This document shows, piece after piece, positions 1 to 15,800 of a stretch of 64,000 bases of DNA. Position 1 is the stretch's first letter. Every line of letters starts with the position of its first letter. Source of the stretch: a virus. Both the position numbers and the translations under genes were made by a program. The notes beneath the pieces are model-generated. The model did not search any database. It was not told the DNA's origin and saw only the letters and a list, made by a program, of their open reading frames with translations. The stretch spans positions 31,712 to 95,711 of IMG/VR virus record IMGVR_UViG_3300030328_001039. One strand, given 5' to 3'.

Positions 1-874
1 CTGAATTGTTTACCTCTGCGTAAGCAGTATCGTTTACAGCCGTAGCCACGCCTTCTACAATAACTCGATTTGATATGTTCTCAACTGGGTTGTTGATAGC
101 AGGGCCAACACGAGCGTTAGCGTCTATGAATCTACTCTTTTCTTCAAATTGGAATGGAACATAAAGCAAGTTACCAAACCTGTCAAAGTGAATAACCCTA
201 CCGTCATGGCGACTAATAAATCGCATAGCATCTACAAGTGTTATGCCGTGGAAATCTACACCAAGGAAACTACTACTGTGAAGCCTTCTATCTACCTCAG
301 AGTTGCTTGGACTCATAGGTAGTGCTATGTTCACGGATGTAAGAGAGTCAGCAATATCTTTACTAATGCGTAATGCCAAGTCTGTAGTTCTTAAACCAGC
401 ATCAATAGACTGTCCAAAGTGTGCTTGTCTACCTACAAATCCAAGCGACTCTAGTGTTTTACCCTTGGTGTTTCTAACAGCGAATGTAGTACCAGTGCCG
501 CTAGAAATTACTGAAGATGTTCGTAGTCTCTCATGCTCAGCATCTTTACCATAAAGCAGCACTGGTTTGTTTTTGTCAGTGTCGCTGGTGATTGATGAAT
601 CTAAGTAAACAATTGCTCCCTCGTAGTTTCTACCATGCGTACCTGTATGTTTTAGAATTACAGAATCTTGCAGTTCGGTCAAGGTGTAAGTATGCGGGGT
701 GGCGATACCATAGTTAGCAGTCTTGCGCTGCCTCACTGTGACTTTCTTCTCCAAGTTTCTCTGTGGGGTATACTCACCAAGATGCAGAGCATTATCCACA
801 AACTTTGGTTTACGAACCGCTTTCATTACAGCATCTGTATCTGCTGTCGCTCGCTTGTCCTTGAGTAAACCCAT
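1..874 (-). CDS. Tail-tip/baseplate hub-like protein (partial, runs off the left edge; not in the ORF track)
   Basis: ATG at 874 overlaps the stop of the giant ORF (TGATG). Manual translation is open to base 2: MGLLKDKRATADTD...LVDAMRFISRHDGRVIHFDRFGNLLYVPF...NRVIVEG. The 'A-x-x-x-I...DGxxIxFDxxGxL' and 'NRVIVxG' patterns resemble phage hub proteins. It is the last gene of the tail block. Confidence 0.7.
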   Translation of the reverse strand, partial: MGLLKDKRATADTDAVMKAVRKPKFVDNALHLGEYTPQRNLEKKVTVRQRKTANYGIATPHTYTLTELQDSVILKHTGTHGRNYEGAIVYLDSSITSDTDKNKPVLLYGKDAEHERLRTSSVISSGTGTTFAVRNTKGKTLESLGFVGRQAHFGQSIDAGLRTTDLALRISKDIADSLTSVNIALPMSPSNSEVDRRLHSSSFLGVDFHGITLVDAMRFISRHDGRVIHFDRFGNLLYVPFQFEEKSRFIDANARVGPAINNPVENISNRVIVEGVATAVNDTAYAEVNNS

Positions 875-3800
875 CACGCATCACCACTGTGGTCTGATGT
901 GTTGAACGATACATCTTCTTTATGCCCTTTACTATGCAGCGATTGACTGAACCTTGATTTAACAGTGTAGTCCTTACCTTGTCCTGTTCTTCTAGGAGCA
1001 TCGCTCTTGAAATGCTGTAGGGTATTTTCACTTATGACAAGTCTAGTAACGCTACTCTTTAATGTCGTTTTGTCAAAGCCAGTAACCCCCGTACCCGGCA
1101 ACTTCGGGCCTTTTGACACCGGCAGAGTGTCACTGCTAGACTCAACTAAGTACACTGGTTGGTACGGGGCTGATGTGTTAGGGTTAGTAGCACGCATGTA
1201 TGACCCACTGCTCGCTCTACCGCTTGGTGTTGAGTAGGTAAACAACCCATACTTACCACCAGCAGTGGCGGTAAATGCAGTGCTACCATTTTGTTTACTG
1301 CCGCTGTGTAGAGCCAATGCTGGTCTAAATACTGCTATGTGTTGATTGTCAAGTAATCGAATAGGTCTGAGCATAAACTGCACAGCATCATCAGTCATGT
1401 TTGTTGGGTTTGCTATCGAACTTGTTGTTTGGTATGGATTGCTTGTTTTATTACCACTCATACCGCTGCGCCCCCATCCTGTATCATCGAATGGACTGGC
1501 GAAACTACGAGCCTCCAAGATGTAAGTTCCACCCATTGATTTGAAGTTAGAAGTATGACTAAATCTCATTACACCACCATGAGGTTGAGCAGCAAACGAT
1601 AGCGTAGTCAAGTCATAGTGACCCAGCGTTTGAGAGCCTGACTGCATACCACCCTGTAGCACAACTCTTTGTCCTACACCTCTGTTAGTGTGTAGGCTAT
1701 GTGCCTCTGAGTTAATGGCTACCATGTTGCTATTACTGCCAGTCAAAGATTCTATTGTATCACCGTCTATACCAATTCTTGGAGAAGAGCGAGAAATAGC
1801 ATCTTTGTGTACTGATGTACCACTGATTGATTCTACCTTGTCGCTCACTGTTGCTTCAGGTTTTAACAAACCATCCTCGTCTACCTCTAGTCTACTACTG
1901 ATACCTCTTACAATTTCACTTGCTTGCAGTACATCGTTTCTTGGGCGAATTAGACCTTCACCAAATGTAGGTTCTGCTGTGTTACCTGATAATACTATAC
2001 CTGAGTTTTCGTAGACAGCACTGAGTTCTACCAATCTATCTTCGTTAAACTGAGTTGGGAATCGCACACCACGACCATTACCCATATCTCCTACTCGCAT
2101 AGCGTTTGTAGGAGCAAATACATCGACTAAGGTAGTGTCTGTATTATTGTTACCAGTGTTCTTTCTACCACCGAATCTAGGAATAGTGACTGTAGGTGAT
2201 GACAATACATTACCGTTAGTGAAATTGACAATACCCTTCAAGTCAAAGATAGGCTTACCGTTATTCCAAACTCGCTCAAATGGTGTACGACCATTGGCTC
2301 TATCATATTCGTATGCGTCTCCAGCATCCCAAGATGGGTTAATACCGAAACTACGAACTGGGAATCTTCGTACATCTTCACCACGAGTATTGCCCCACCA
2401 ATCAATCAGATAATACGATACGGCATCTTTGTAATACAACTTCCCCATACCAGCGGAATCGCCCCACCAATCTCTTAGTACAGTGCTCGCATTTCTTATG
2501 GTACGAATAGCACAACCAAATCCTCTTGTCATTCTACGCCCCTCGCTGTAACGAACTTGCCATTCGTACTTGTCAGCGTTCAACATACCCGCTGCTGTAG
2601 TGCTACGCTCGATAATACCAACATAGGTTGTTGGTAAGTTAGTATTGCTTTGTGTTGTATCTCCACCAGCGTAAAGCCACCCGTTGCTTGTTATGGCTTC
2701 GTATTCTACCAGTGGCCCTGCTTTGTAGCCTACTGCAAAGTTACTTGCTCCTGAGTGAGTGGCTTGCTCTTGGTATGCACGCATACCATAATGACCCCAT
2801 TGAGGTCTATTCCAAGCCTGTCTTAACCCAAAGCGATAACCAAACGGATAGGTACGAAGAGTGCTTAACGAACCAATGCTTACACCGCTAGAAACCGCAT
2901 AAGTACCAGCATCGTCATCATCCTCCCAATGTGTACCGGCAGCATGTGCATAACTTTGCGGTAAATGCCATGCTGCTGCTGACATAGCGTAGCCATCCAA
3001 TCGACTAACTAATGCTCCACCACGACTACCGCAAGGCCAAAAGTTCGTCAGCATAGCAGTTGGCCCGCCTTGAGATGAAATACCAGTCATACTGTGTATG
3101 TTTGCAGCGGTATCAATTGACCCATCGCCGCCTACATACACAGTATCTCCAGTTACCAAGTTACTGCTTTCAAATATCTTGGTGTAAAGTGTAATGTTAG
3201 CACTACTAACAGTGTTTACTCTACCAAGAACTCTACCCTTTGCGAATAGCACATCATTTGAAGATACACCACTAACAGTTGTGGTCATTGTTATCACTGT
3301 AACAGTAGTGGTAGTAATAGTATGAACAGTTCCAGCGAGTGGTTGAGGGGGCTTTGGTGTTTTCATTTGTAGAGAGAATGGGCCATGACTTGCGGTGTAA
3401 TTAACATCCTGATAGTGTATTGTCTCAAAATGCTGTGGCATACTGTTGTATGCTGCATTGTTTACTGCTCTATCCGTTGTGTGATTTACACCGTTTGTAA
3501 TCCATGTTCTACTTGCATCGGAATAGAAAGTATGAGGGCGACCCAAATTAGGACTCCAAGCACATAGGTATGCATCGGTTAGGAAAAGACTGTTTGTATC
3601 TCTTGTACCACTTAGTAACTGTCCTAGATTCTTTGTCATTACACTTTCACTATCTATCTTGAGAATATCATTAACAGATTTTGTAGAGTACGGTTTGCTT
3701 AATGTCAGTTTAGTACCACTCGTTAATGTAACACCTGTAGGTAGATGGAATATATCAGGCTCATTCATAGTACCTGAACTGTGTGTTGTACCTTGCCTTC

Positions 3801-6800
3801 TTGTGTAAGTAAATGATACAGTTTCTCCCGTATCAGGGTCAATATACTGTAATTTTTGACCATAATACGGTATCTCAGGGAATAGTGAACAGTCATCAAC
3901 TTGTATAGTAGTAGAAGAACTATGATTTCCTACTACTTTACAAGTAGGAGTAAGACTGACATTCTCCATTATCTTTGAGTAAATATCAGGGTATATGCTA
4001 GGATAACCAGCCAGTGTCAATTGAGCACCTATTGCTCCATAACTCGCACGACAGAACTGATAGTAATTGTCGATACGATACAAGGCGAGATGCCTGAAAC
4101 CAACAGCAGATGCATCAGATGGAGTGCCTTGGTGCATGATACTCCACCACGGAATGTTAGTTGTAAATCCGGGTGTAGCGTCTTTGAAAGAAACTTCAGA
4201 TGTAGTAGGGTGATATGGGTGACCTCTACGAGTAAAGTGAGGACTTTCGCTACCTTGAACTCCAAGTGGATTATAAAGCAGCATCGGAGGGATGTTGGTA
4301 AACTGGCTACCGTGGTCAGGGTCGTGGTCTAGTATGACCTCATTCAAGAATATCTCACAGCCTCTTACATCAGCCAATGTAGCCTCGGACAATATTAGTG
4401 TCACACCACCAATATTAGCAGAGTTAGTTAGTGTGGCGTGTCGCTCTTCATCGTACTTTATTCCTATTACAAGAGCAACTTGCTGACTTGTGAGACTCGA
4501 TAATTCTGTACCAGCAGTTGGTAAGCCTGTAGAGTCAGCATTGTTACGATGGAATCCTGTGATTTGTTGTGAGCGCAAGTTTGGTTGGATGACAATTTGA
4601 TACGCCCCAACTTCAGCAGGGTCAGGGAAATGATTGGCTTGAGTATAATTACCCCCAGCCTCAAGCACAATAGAGTGTCCTCCGGCCTTATTCATATCTC
4701 CAGCAGTGCCTTTTGATGCTAGTATACCGTAACCGTCATACTTGATTTTTGTCTCAAACATTAGGGTAAATGCACCACCGTGAATGTCACTCGGCCCTGA
4801 TGGGTTGGTAGTAAGTGAACCTACTCTTAATGCTGGGTTAAGAGGGAATATTCTCTCTTCAACTGCTGTGGGTATTGATGTTTGATTATTTGTTGTACCA
4901 TCTATTTCAACTAAGTTTTCAGCCAATGAAGTGTAATCTTCGTCACCTAGAGCAGCAAGCCTATCTGAGTTTGCCTTGTCATACAAACCTGCATACGAAG
5001 GATGCGCCCAATGACCCGGCATCATAGGCATAGTAGCATTGACGAAGTGATGACCCATACGAGGAATAGGCATTGGAGTTAGTTGTGGTTTGCTGTATCT
5101 TGAATGAATAGTGGTTTGAGAGTCACCATCAAAGTATAGAGTGTGAGCCATGTCGGGACTGTTACCACTTACTTCTGCGTGGTCACGCAATCTTCTTGCT
5201 GCGAATATACGAGTGCTACCCGCTGGGATATAGTAAGAAGGAGTAATCGTCAATGTTGTTGTAGCAGGTGGGTTATCAGCAAGGAATTGGTCAAAGTCAA
5301 TATCTCCTACCACGCCTTTGAACAAATTAACCTCACCACCAGTTCCGATAGAAGTATACGACACAACAACACTTTCACCCGCTGGATTTGCGATGCGAAG
5401 GAATCTACGGTCACCAGCCACCTCTTTTGTTCCAAATCCAGCATCGAATATAGAAGGAGTAATAGTAGCACTAGCAGTTAGAATAGGACTGGCGAAACTA
5501 CTGACCGTCAAATCTTGATTTACCACACCAGCAGCATGAGTGTAAGTTACTGGGAACTTTTCAGTGTGGCTGTGACCCATCTTAGTGATGTGGAAATACA
5601 GTGCTCTGTCTTGCTGCTCGTAAGAACTGCGTAGTGAGTTATTGCGTGTCGCCTCTACCCATCCATCACGAGTAGACTCAGGGAAGTTTTCTCCTTGCGA
5701 TATGTGTTCCCATCCTACTTCGTTCATAGTTGGCCCTTTTCTCGGCGCCTTCACTACATTGTCAAACAAATGACCAATATGAGAAGCACCCAAATCAGGA
5801 TGAATCATACCACCGTCACCAACGGTTTCAGTTTGGTACGCTTGGATTGGGTCAAAGCCACTACGGACAAGGATATTTCCGGGTATAGATTCAGGGTCGG
5901 GTAACTGAATCTCAAAGTTAGGAGCGATACCGCTGTTGGCTGGAACTGGCTGTAAACCACTTGCTAGTCTAGTCGATGTTGGTTTATACGCTCTGATAAT
6001 AATACCTAAAGGAGAGCCGCCTTCTAGTGTGTGTACCTGTCCTGTATCATCAACAACGGTAATATCTTCAAATTGTATTTCTTCATTTGGTATCTCAAGT
6101 ATACCACCAAGAGCAATAGGGTGCTCTTTTGCTAATGTAGGGTGTGCTATCTCTTGTGCCTGTAGAACTGGCATCATGGCTGAGTTTGTTGTCTCAAAAG
6201 AAAATCGAATGTTACCATACAACTTCTCTCCCATTTGATGAGCAGTTCCGGCAGCATCACCTACTACTGCATTTTTAACACGAGTAATCCACGGAACTGC
6301 TCCTAAACCACGAGCATTTGATGCTGGCATAGTAACTGTACCACCATCCATTCGTTTCCACACAATATGTTCTGTGCTGAAGTTTTTGTGAGGTGTGCGT
6401 TTAAGCACATCGTAAGCGTTTACATCACCAGCCCAAAATACTTCAGATTGATTAGTACCTACATTATGAACCATGTTAGCAGAAGGATTTGTATTCGCTG
6501 TAATAAAATCAGTAGCAAGATTTCTTTCCGCTATATCTCCTTCGTGATTTATAATACCTACATTTTTGTCAATATCGAAGAATAAATCGCCTGTTTCAGC
6601 AAAGCAAGGCTCTGCGTTTGACAATGAAGTATCAGCAGATATACTACCATGTAGGTAGAACTGAGCATCGAAAGGTGCGTTATCCAAAGCACTTGTTGCT
6701 GTATAATCAGCAATTGTAGGCGGTGCTGTGGCATCAACAATCAAAGCCTCAACATTTGGCCCAGCGTTTGCTGGAGCGATAAATCTGTCAGCGTTATGGA

Positions 6801-9800
6801 ATCTCTCATCCCATTGAGTAGTACCACCGGCCAAAAGATAATCACCAGTAGCAGTGTATGAATCTCTATCTTTCCTCGCTACTAAACTAAGTTCACCCTC
6901 ATGTGCTACTACTAACAACGCACGAGCGTAAGTACCTTGAGGGTGAACCAACTCTTTCTGTAACTCAGGCATAGTTCGCATCACTGGTGGGTTGTTGAAC
7001 TGAGCACCGTCAGCCCAGCCTACGACATATGAGCCGAATGCCACTGGGTCATCTACAGAGAAACTTACTTGGTCTGCTTCTGTATCACCGTCACTTGGGA
7101 AATTGTCAAGACTGCGACCCGGTATATCGGTAGGAGGCATACTTTCAGGCGAGTTAGGTAGAGGAGTGGTATGTGGTAAATGTCCTAGTATAGTCGCACA
7201 AGATGATGCGCCACCATATGGTGAGAACCCAAGCATAGAATGCCAAGCACCTAGACCAGCAGAATAACCACCGTCTACTGGTAAAGTGTTGAGATAAGAG
7301 TACCTTTCACCATGCCACCCAACAGCACCAACTGGTTTTGTTCTATCTATTGCATCAACGATACCGCTAAAGTGAACTGCTCCTATTCCTTTCTGAAGGT
7401 ATCTTTCAAAGTCAGCAGAGTTGTCTACACCAAGAGTTGAACTCTTTGACCATATCCATATTTTTGTACCAGTAGTAGGGGCAGGGTGAGGTAGACTTAC
7501 TCCTCCTACATTTGAACCATTTTGAGTATTAAACGGGGTAGTGGTGTTAGCATAAATACGCCAAGCCTCACCATCTTCAAACGCTTTCAAACCTGTGATT
7601 TTATTGTTAGATAAAAAGAATCTACAGAATAAATCGCTACCGTTTCTATAGGTAGCACGACTGTGATAACAAGCCCATGCTGCCGTTTTTACACTAGACG
7701 ATACAACACCGCCATAATCAGTATCTGCTTCAGTACGCAACCAACCCGAAGTAGGTATACGATTAACAATAGATTGAGTAGCAGTATCACTAGCATTGGT
7801 ATAACCCGTTATTTGTAAATCAATGAAACAGTCACCTGCTTTGAGATTTGATGCTAATGATGCCGTATTACCCAGTGTGTTGTGTGTATGCGTAATGGTT
7901 ACACCGCTGTTTGATGCATTAGGGTTAGGAGATACAGTAATACTAGAACCAGTAAAACTGACAACAACGGTGTTGGCTTGTAACCCAGTACCAGTTACAG
8001 TTTGCCCCGCTTGCATATTAGGAGGGAATGTACCAGTTACAGGAATTAATGGGTCATTGTTAGTGATATTTCCAGTAAATGTAGATGTAGTCAAAATACT
8101 TCTAGTCATAGCCTGTCCGCTAACTACATTGTTTGAATAACCTAATCCCGCAACCTGAGCATGTGGGGTCACACCACCCGCCCCTCCGCCGTAAACACTT
8201 GATGGTATAGCGGTAGACTCAGCCGCAATCCAACCATAGCGGTCTTGTTTAGTAGAGTTACCCATAGATGGCATGAATGTTCCACCTATTGCCTTCAAAG
8301 CACCTTTACCGGGGAATGTATTGATTGCTCCTCCGAGTAAACATGCTAACTCTTCTCCATTTTGACAACGGGTAGCATCTACTACAATGTATTCGTGGTC
8401 TACATCACCTTGGACTAATGTTTCCGCTGCAAAAGCAGGTGAACCTGAGTTGTCATTTGAGTAAAGCATCCTTGTAGCCAAAGTCCCTGCTACTCTAAAC
8501 GCAGTTTTGTTAATTTGAGTTGTAGTGGTTTGGGCTGGAACTCTAGCGTCATCTGCTTCTCTTGGTGGATTCATGGTAATTTGATTATCCATCCACGAGC
8601 CACCGGGATGGTTACCATTATCCATATGCCAACACAAATCAGCATTTTTAACCATACCATGACCATAAAACATAGCGTGTCTACTTGGTTGAGCCACAGA
8701 GTATGCTCGTGCAACATTATCGGTAAAGTTACCAAAACTGTTGTAATGCTTAAACGCAGCAGCGGTAAATGAACTACCATAGTTTCTACCACTTTCGGGT
8801 CGCTCCCTCAAAAATACAGTATCAGGAATACCAAGTGATGATTCCCAATTAAACACTTGGCGGTAGTGGTAACTGTGCTTGAGTAATTGAGTAGCAGCAC
8901 GCTCAGGCATATAATCGCCATCTGAATTATGAATGTGATTTGGTAAGAAGGCACGACCACCAACCCCGCTTGACATATTTGGTACTTTTGACCAGCCATT
9001 ACCAGTGCTAATAGCCGAACCGGGGTGTGGCTCAAAAGTATTATTTGGAGTGGCAGACTCTTGTGTTAATGGGAATGCTTGACCCGGCCCAAATATAATG
9101 AAAGTTGTTTTATTTTCTGTTCCATCTCTATGGTCTTGATACCTCGCAGTCGGGTGTGCAAAGCGTAATACCATAGGAGAAGGAACTTGCATATGCACGC
9201 CAGCAGTATATGGAGCAGCATTGGGGTGAATGTTACTTGGGGTATGCGAGCCTCGTTTTAGGTCTTGAGAAAGAATACTATCTTTGTTGTAAACTGGTGG
9301 GTTAATACTACCACGATGTTGCTTTAACAACGCAGTTGCTGGGAAAAATGCCATGATAGCGTTACAGTCAATTGTAGAGAAAGATGAAAGAATCTCATTG
9401 GCATTTTGAATGCCCGATGAACCAGTCGGCCCATTTGCATACGGATGTGTATTATGCTCCGAATAGTCATTTTGAGTACCATCATTTATGTCAATAGTAG
9501 CCCCACTAAACCCACCGCCAAAGAATAGAGGAACATAGTTATCAGGGCTATCACGAGCACCTGTAAAACGAATAATTGGTACAGAATGTACGCTACCAAG
9601 AGAGCGTTTACCAGCAAACAAAAATGCCCTTCTAGTGTCATTGTATTTCTGTATAACAATAGTACCACTTGGATTCGATGAAGGCCAATCCTCACTTCTC
9701 AAGTTCGCATCACTAATTGCCTTGAATGTACTTTCAGCAGCGGCTAATGTTGTTCCTCGGCTTTCAGCAATTGCTGTGTGTTTGTTGTAACTTATTGGGG

Positions 9801-12800
9801 TTTGAGTACCAAAAGAGTCTACTCTTGTTAAGTCATTTGATGAACCATTGAAAACATGATTTACATTGGATTCTTCGCCCGATGGTTTAGCAAAATGCCA
9901 CATAGCATTGTCACTATGTAGAGTTATAGCCGCACCTGCGTGGCCTATAGCACTCATCTTTAGCGTTGGATTGTCAAGATTTGGTAGAATTAAGTCACCA
10001 CTGGATTCAATGAAGTTCTCTCCTATCAAGTTTTTACGCCATGTGTTAGTATCAATTGGGTTGTTTTGTGAGTCTACTATATTTGGAGTGGGTGTGTTAG
10101 AGTTATGGCCTCTACCGCTTGTTGTAATTTGTAAAACACTTGATGGTATATACCCACAGTTTACGCTACGCCCACTATCTATCAAATCATTAGTTACTGG
10201 TCTATCCCCAGTGCCTCCTATAGACACTCCTTCATCGTCAAGTTTCAAACTCTCAACTTCACCATATTCAATATGACTGGCTCTAATACCTGTATCTTGG
10301 GATAGACTTGCTGTAAAGAAGTTAGATATGGGTTCAATGTCATTTTTCGTATTGTAAGCCTTAATTTTAATTGACTCTTCAGTGATACCCCACTCAGCAA
10401 ATGTTCTACCGTCAGCGGCGTACATTTCTGTGCAATCAAAGAAATGCCCTTTTTGTTTGTTAGGGTTATCTAAGTTGATAGCAAAAGCAGTTACAGCAGC
10501 CATTAATTCATCTGTTATCAGTGTAGTCCAATTAGCAACTGGTGTGATAAGTGCTGATGTAGATTCAGTTGTTTCGCCTACAACATAATCACCAGCCTCA
10601 AAGACCGGAGCACTGATAGTAGACGAAGAGTGATGTTTATGCCTTGAAACATATGTATCACCGACAACACCGTGGAAAACATGAGTGCCAGTTTTATCAT
10701 TCCTTGTTCGATGAGTATAGGAGTACATATTACCCCAGTTACCGTTGATGGATTCTATTAGTGTGAATTGAGCGTTAGTACCTCCTATACCACTTACGCT
10801 GATTGTATCTCCGTTAATGTAACCACCTTCACCAAGGGATGTAATAGTAACACTTGTGACTGCATTACTACCATTTGTATTGATACTCAAAGTCATTCCA
10901 CTACCACTACCGCCTACTCCTATAGCATCTGCATTTGTTTGACCTGCTGTATAACCTGAACCACCAGCGGTTATAGTGGCTGCACCCATGTGATTGAATG
11001 GGTCTGACAAATGTATGACACCATCTTCAGCAGGGAATCCCATATAGCCTAAAATATCGTGATGGTCACAAGCGTCATATGGAGCATAGGGGGTGACAGT
11101 AATTGTTTGATTCGCCACACTGTAAACTACATTTGCGTTGTAAGAAGCATTTGGAGCAGGTGCTCCTCTCCAATAGTTACCTCTCCAACTTGCTAAATTA
11201 GCGTTATCAGGTATAGCAGGGAATCTACCAGTTGGGTCACTTATACCATGCATATGTTTTCCAATTGTAAAGCCGCCTTGAGAGCAGTCTTTGTGATTGA
11301 AATAGATAGCAATTTCATTATCCAAAGTTTTTGGTAAAGTTGTATTATCTAAAGCAAAATTGTCACCCATATTTTTGTAAATGTAACGCAGTCCGTGACT
11401 TACTCCTCTATGGTCTTGAAGGCGTAGCCCATAGAGATTGGTGTCTCCTATGTTTTCAGGGAATGTATCAGGTGTAGGTACATGACCTGTGTATGTAGAA
11501 GCCGGGTCTGTGTTACTTACTGTTGTTAGTAAGCCATAATCGTTAGCAAATCTATTATCTCCCTTTCTACCGAATCCCCACTTACCCGCATCAGGAGCAA
11601 AGCCCGGAATACCAGCCGCTACAAGACCACCAAAGTTTATTCTTGCTACGGCATTAGTACCCACTCTCAATCCTTCAGTAAATGATGTGTTGAATCCTTC
11701 TACTTCAAGAGATTCAGTGTTGAGTGTATTATGGTTTTGACCGCTACCGCTATGCGCTGATACGGCACGCAATCTTGGTGTTGTAGTTTCATCGTGATTG
11801 TTAGAAAACTCCCCTTTTGGTGCTACTGCTTGCATTGATTCATCGGGTTGCGTATACTGTCGTAGAGAAGTAATAGGAGCAAAAGGTCTGCCGTGTTTAT
11901 TTAGCGGCATCGGTGCTGGGTGCATATTTTCTCCACTTATTTCATCAGGCATACACCAAAATGTTCTGAATCTACCTCCGTGGCCTATCATAAACTCAGG
12001 TCTGTAAGGTAATTGCCCCTTACTATTGTCGAGCCATACACAGAAATTACGGCCAGTAGCACCCGGTACAGTGCTGTGAATAATTATTGAAAATCCTTCT
12101 TCGCTACCATCTATATTTTTAACAACCCTACCAAGGTGAGCACGAATGTAACCCATGTGAGTTCCTTTATCGTGAGACTCAAACGCCTTGTCCTCATCCC
12201 ACCATACAGCGGGGTCGTGAGTAGAACCAGTTGTAGCAAAGTCAGCCTCACCAGCAACTTTTACGGGATATTGTTTGTTGTTATTATCGCTGTGGGTGCG
12301 CCCTTTTTTAGCAGCAGCCTGATTTATCATACGAACTACTTCAGTCGCTGCTGCTTCGACATTAGTAATACCATCCTTAACGGCAACCTCTCCTAAATCA
12401 ATAGTCATCCTTCTTGTGAAATCCATTTGAGTCCACTGAGGCAAGTGTTGTAGTCTTGTTTCATTCATGTTAGATAAATCAAGAGCCTCAGACCTAATGC
12501 CCTTTAATGCAAGGAATGCTGGGATTACACGAGTTCCATCCGGTGTATCGAAGAGAGTAGATGTTTCATCGTTAGTATTGTTAATGTTTAATGTAAAACT
12601 ACCTTTGCCATCACCAGCCACAAAAGGCGGTGTTGCTGTAGGTAAGTCATTGACCCTTCTATCAGCGATAAAAATTGTATCTCCATCTTTGTATAGACTG
12701 TTACCATGCCTTCTTACTGTGGCTGTAGCCACTGCTCCACTTGATATTACAACATCTACAGTCATTCCTTTTCCTTTACCATCAGATGTTGTTCTTACAT

Positions 12801-15800
12801 TAAAGAAAGTACCATTGTTGTAAGTAGACCCACCTGCTTTCAAAGTCAATGTTTTTCCTTTCTTTATTCGATGCTGCATTAAAGCCTTGACTAAAATATC
12901 ATTTGATGAAAATAATTTTCTTGTCTTTTTATGCTCTTTATTTGCATGGTATATTGTAACTGCTGCATTATTTGTTCTTGATGCAATACTATCACCAAGA
13001 GCACGCTCTTTTGCTAATGGCCCACCAGTGTGGAAACCTGTATGTATGAAATGACCGTGGGCTTTACCATAAATCATACTCTGAGTCATGGTAGTTAATG
13101 TGTTAATCAAAGATGTACCTGTGTGTGTGAATACTTTGAAAACAGCATTGTTATTTCCACCAGTGACTCTTATTTTTGATTCAAAGCCCCCACCACCGAC
13201 TCTTGAAGTTAAATAGCCGCTACCGGGAGTATTAACAGCAATAGTAGTAATTTGACCGGATGTTGTAGTAATATCTACAGTTAATCCAGTACCTCCAGCG
13301 TTTATAGCAGTTGTAGCCACATTAGTAGTTGTACCTGATGGGTAACCAGTACCATTTTGTCTGTTAAATGATGATTGCCCTTGCACTGGTTCTATTCTTG
13401 AAACAATACCTTTTACTGGTTCTAGCATTTCACTTGCCATATTGTTAGCAATATTATGAGCATAAGCACTTTCCATAAAATTAGAATGCTGATACTCTCT
13501 GATGTATTTATTTTGAGAAGGATAACCATTAGCAACATCTACTTGGGTAATAAATGGATTTTGACTGCCACCATTGTACTTGATAGAATAATAACTTAAA
13601 TCAACTTCATCAGTTCCATCGGCTACATTCTGAGAAGTAGACAATCTTTCAAAGCCAATTTCAGCAGCCTTCGGAGATGTTTGAACTTGCATATGTATGT
13701 CTTGGAATGCTATGAACTCACGGTCATGCGCTACATCGTATAACAATACACGAGCGTGTCCTTCTGTTGCTAAGTACGGGTCAAGATAAGCAATTGTTGG
13801 TGGGTTACTAATACCAAGGTTAGTGTAATTTAACTCAATTGTTTTATTCACATGCTGAACAAAATTACGAGCAGTATCAATACAACTGTCTCCAATCAAG
13901 AAGTTTTCAAGTGGTATAGAATCACGAGGCTCAGCCGCCATTAAACCTAAACCACCGTTGAAGCCTTTCCAAACAAGTGCTTCATTTAGCACACCACGAC
14001 TCTTAGCAAACATCCCTTGAACAGCATGGGGATTATTGTAAGTCATATTCATCCATATTGTATCTCCCCTACGCAAACCACCTTGGGCGTAAGGAAATAG
14101 CCAAGTTCTGTTTAGACAAGCCTCTTCATCATTTACCATCATTGAATGACAACCAGTTCTAAGGTAGACAAACTCTGTAGCAGAAAGAGCCGCTGCTCCT
14201 AACATAGCGGTTAGGCTGGTTTTGTTAGCAGTAGGTACTGCTGCTTTAAGATGAACTATCCCAGCAGTCTGAGGAATAGTAACTGGATTACCCAAAATTA
14301 TACTCTCATTTATGTAATCAACTTGTCCTAGTATTGTTACTTTAACTACTTCTCCATCCTTATGATGCTCAGCATAAAGCCAGTCCTCATGTTGGACATT
14401 TAGATTAAAAGTGTTTGATTGAAGTATTTCGCTCTTTTGTATGCTTAGTGTAATTTGGTCATCACCACCAATTAACGCACTAATTTGCCAAGGTGCTGAA
14501 TAATGAACTGGTCTACCAGTATGTGACATGTTTACTGTATTATCCAATAATGTGTTGTACTTGTCACTTGAAAAGAAAACATCATATCCATATTTAGTAA
14601 GGGTGGCGACTTCTCCCTTCAAAGTGTCGTTGTCAAGATAAGATGGAATTGAATTGTTTTCCTTTGTCATTACTATAATACTTGAGAGTGTATCAAGAGA
14701 ATCAGTAGGAGTTGTACCACTGGTAACCAGCGTGCTTTTGTTTTTGTTACCTTCTCCAAAGTAAACAAATGTATTAGTGCCAATTTCTAAACTATAGTGT
14801 GCTTGACCCATTTCCCATTTATAATCAGCGTTTATAGCATTAGGTTGCCTTTCAATATTCGGGAACTTATCTACATCTTCTTGACTCATAATAAGATGAG
14901 CGAATCCAGTATAAACAGACCCGTTCATAATAGGCTCTACACTCAGAATAGTTCCCGCTGCACGCTTAGATTGAATCTTTGCTGCGTGAGGATTTGATAG
15001 TGGCCCTGCTTTGAACTCTACTGCACTTACATACTGGCGTAAACCATAGTCAATATTGCCGCCTTGTGTTTTTGCACTAGCAGCATCGTAGTAATATTCA
15101 CTTCTATTTTCAAAGTCAGCAGCGGCATTAAGAGCATCACCTTTGAGTGGGACTAAGACTTCTGAATCGTATATATTCCCTATGAGTAAAGGTAAACCTA
15201 CCACTGCTTCACCTACAAATGTTTCAGATACATACGAATCTTCTTTTACAATTTCTATGTAACCATCTGTTGCTGGGTTATTAGAATATATAGCCCATGC
15301 GCCTGATGGTAAAAATACTCTACGGTAGAGCAGTACATCATCTACATTGAAATATTTATCAGATGATGTGTCACCTGCTGGGTACATTTTAGGATTAGTC
15401 ACATAGATTCGATAAGTAGAAGTAAGTATCTCAAAATTAGTAATGTTAGACTGATTATTTCTCTCATTACTAAGTATGCTCTTTGCGAATGCTCCGTATG
15501 CACTTCTATCAGAAGGAGGCATATCTTGGTATCTACGACCAACTGGAGATGGATTCCATGTATGCGCTGTCATAGTAGGGTCAATATGTAGTTTCAAAGA
15601 GTTGTCAGGGCTTGGATAACTGTTACGGAATCTATCTACAAAGAATTGCCCTCTAAACAAAGGAATCTCTACTAGCGCACGAGTAGAAGCAAATTGAGTT
15701 CCAAGTTGATAGTCATGCGATATATTATCCATAGATTGGAACATTCTGTCATTTACAGTCGTACCATCTGACTGCAAGTTTTCGACAAAGAAATGCCCGT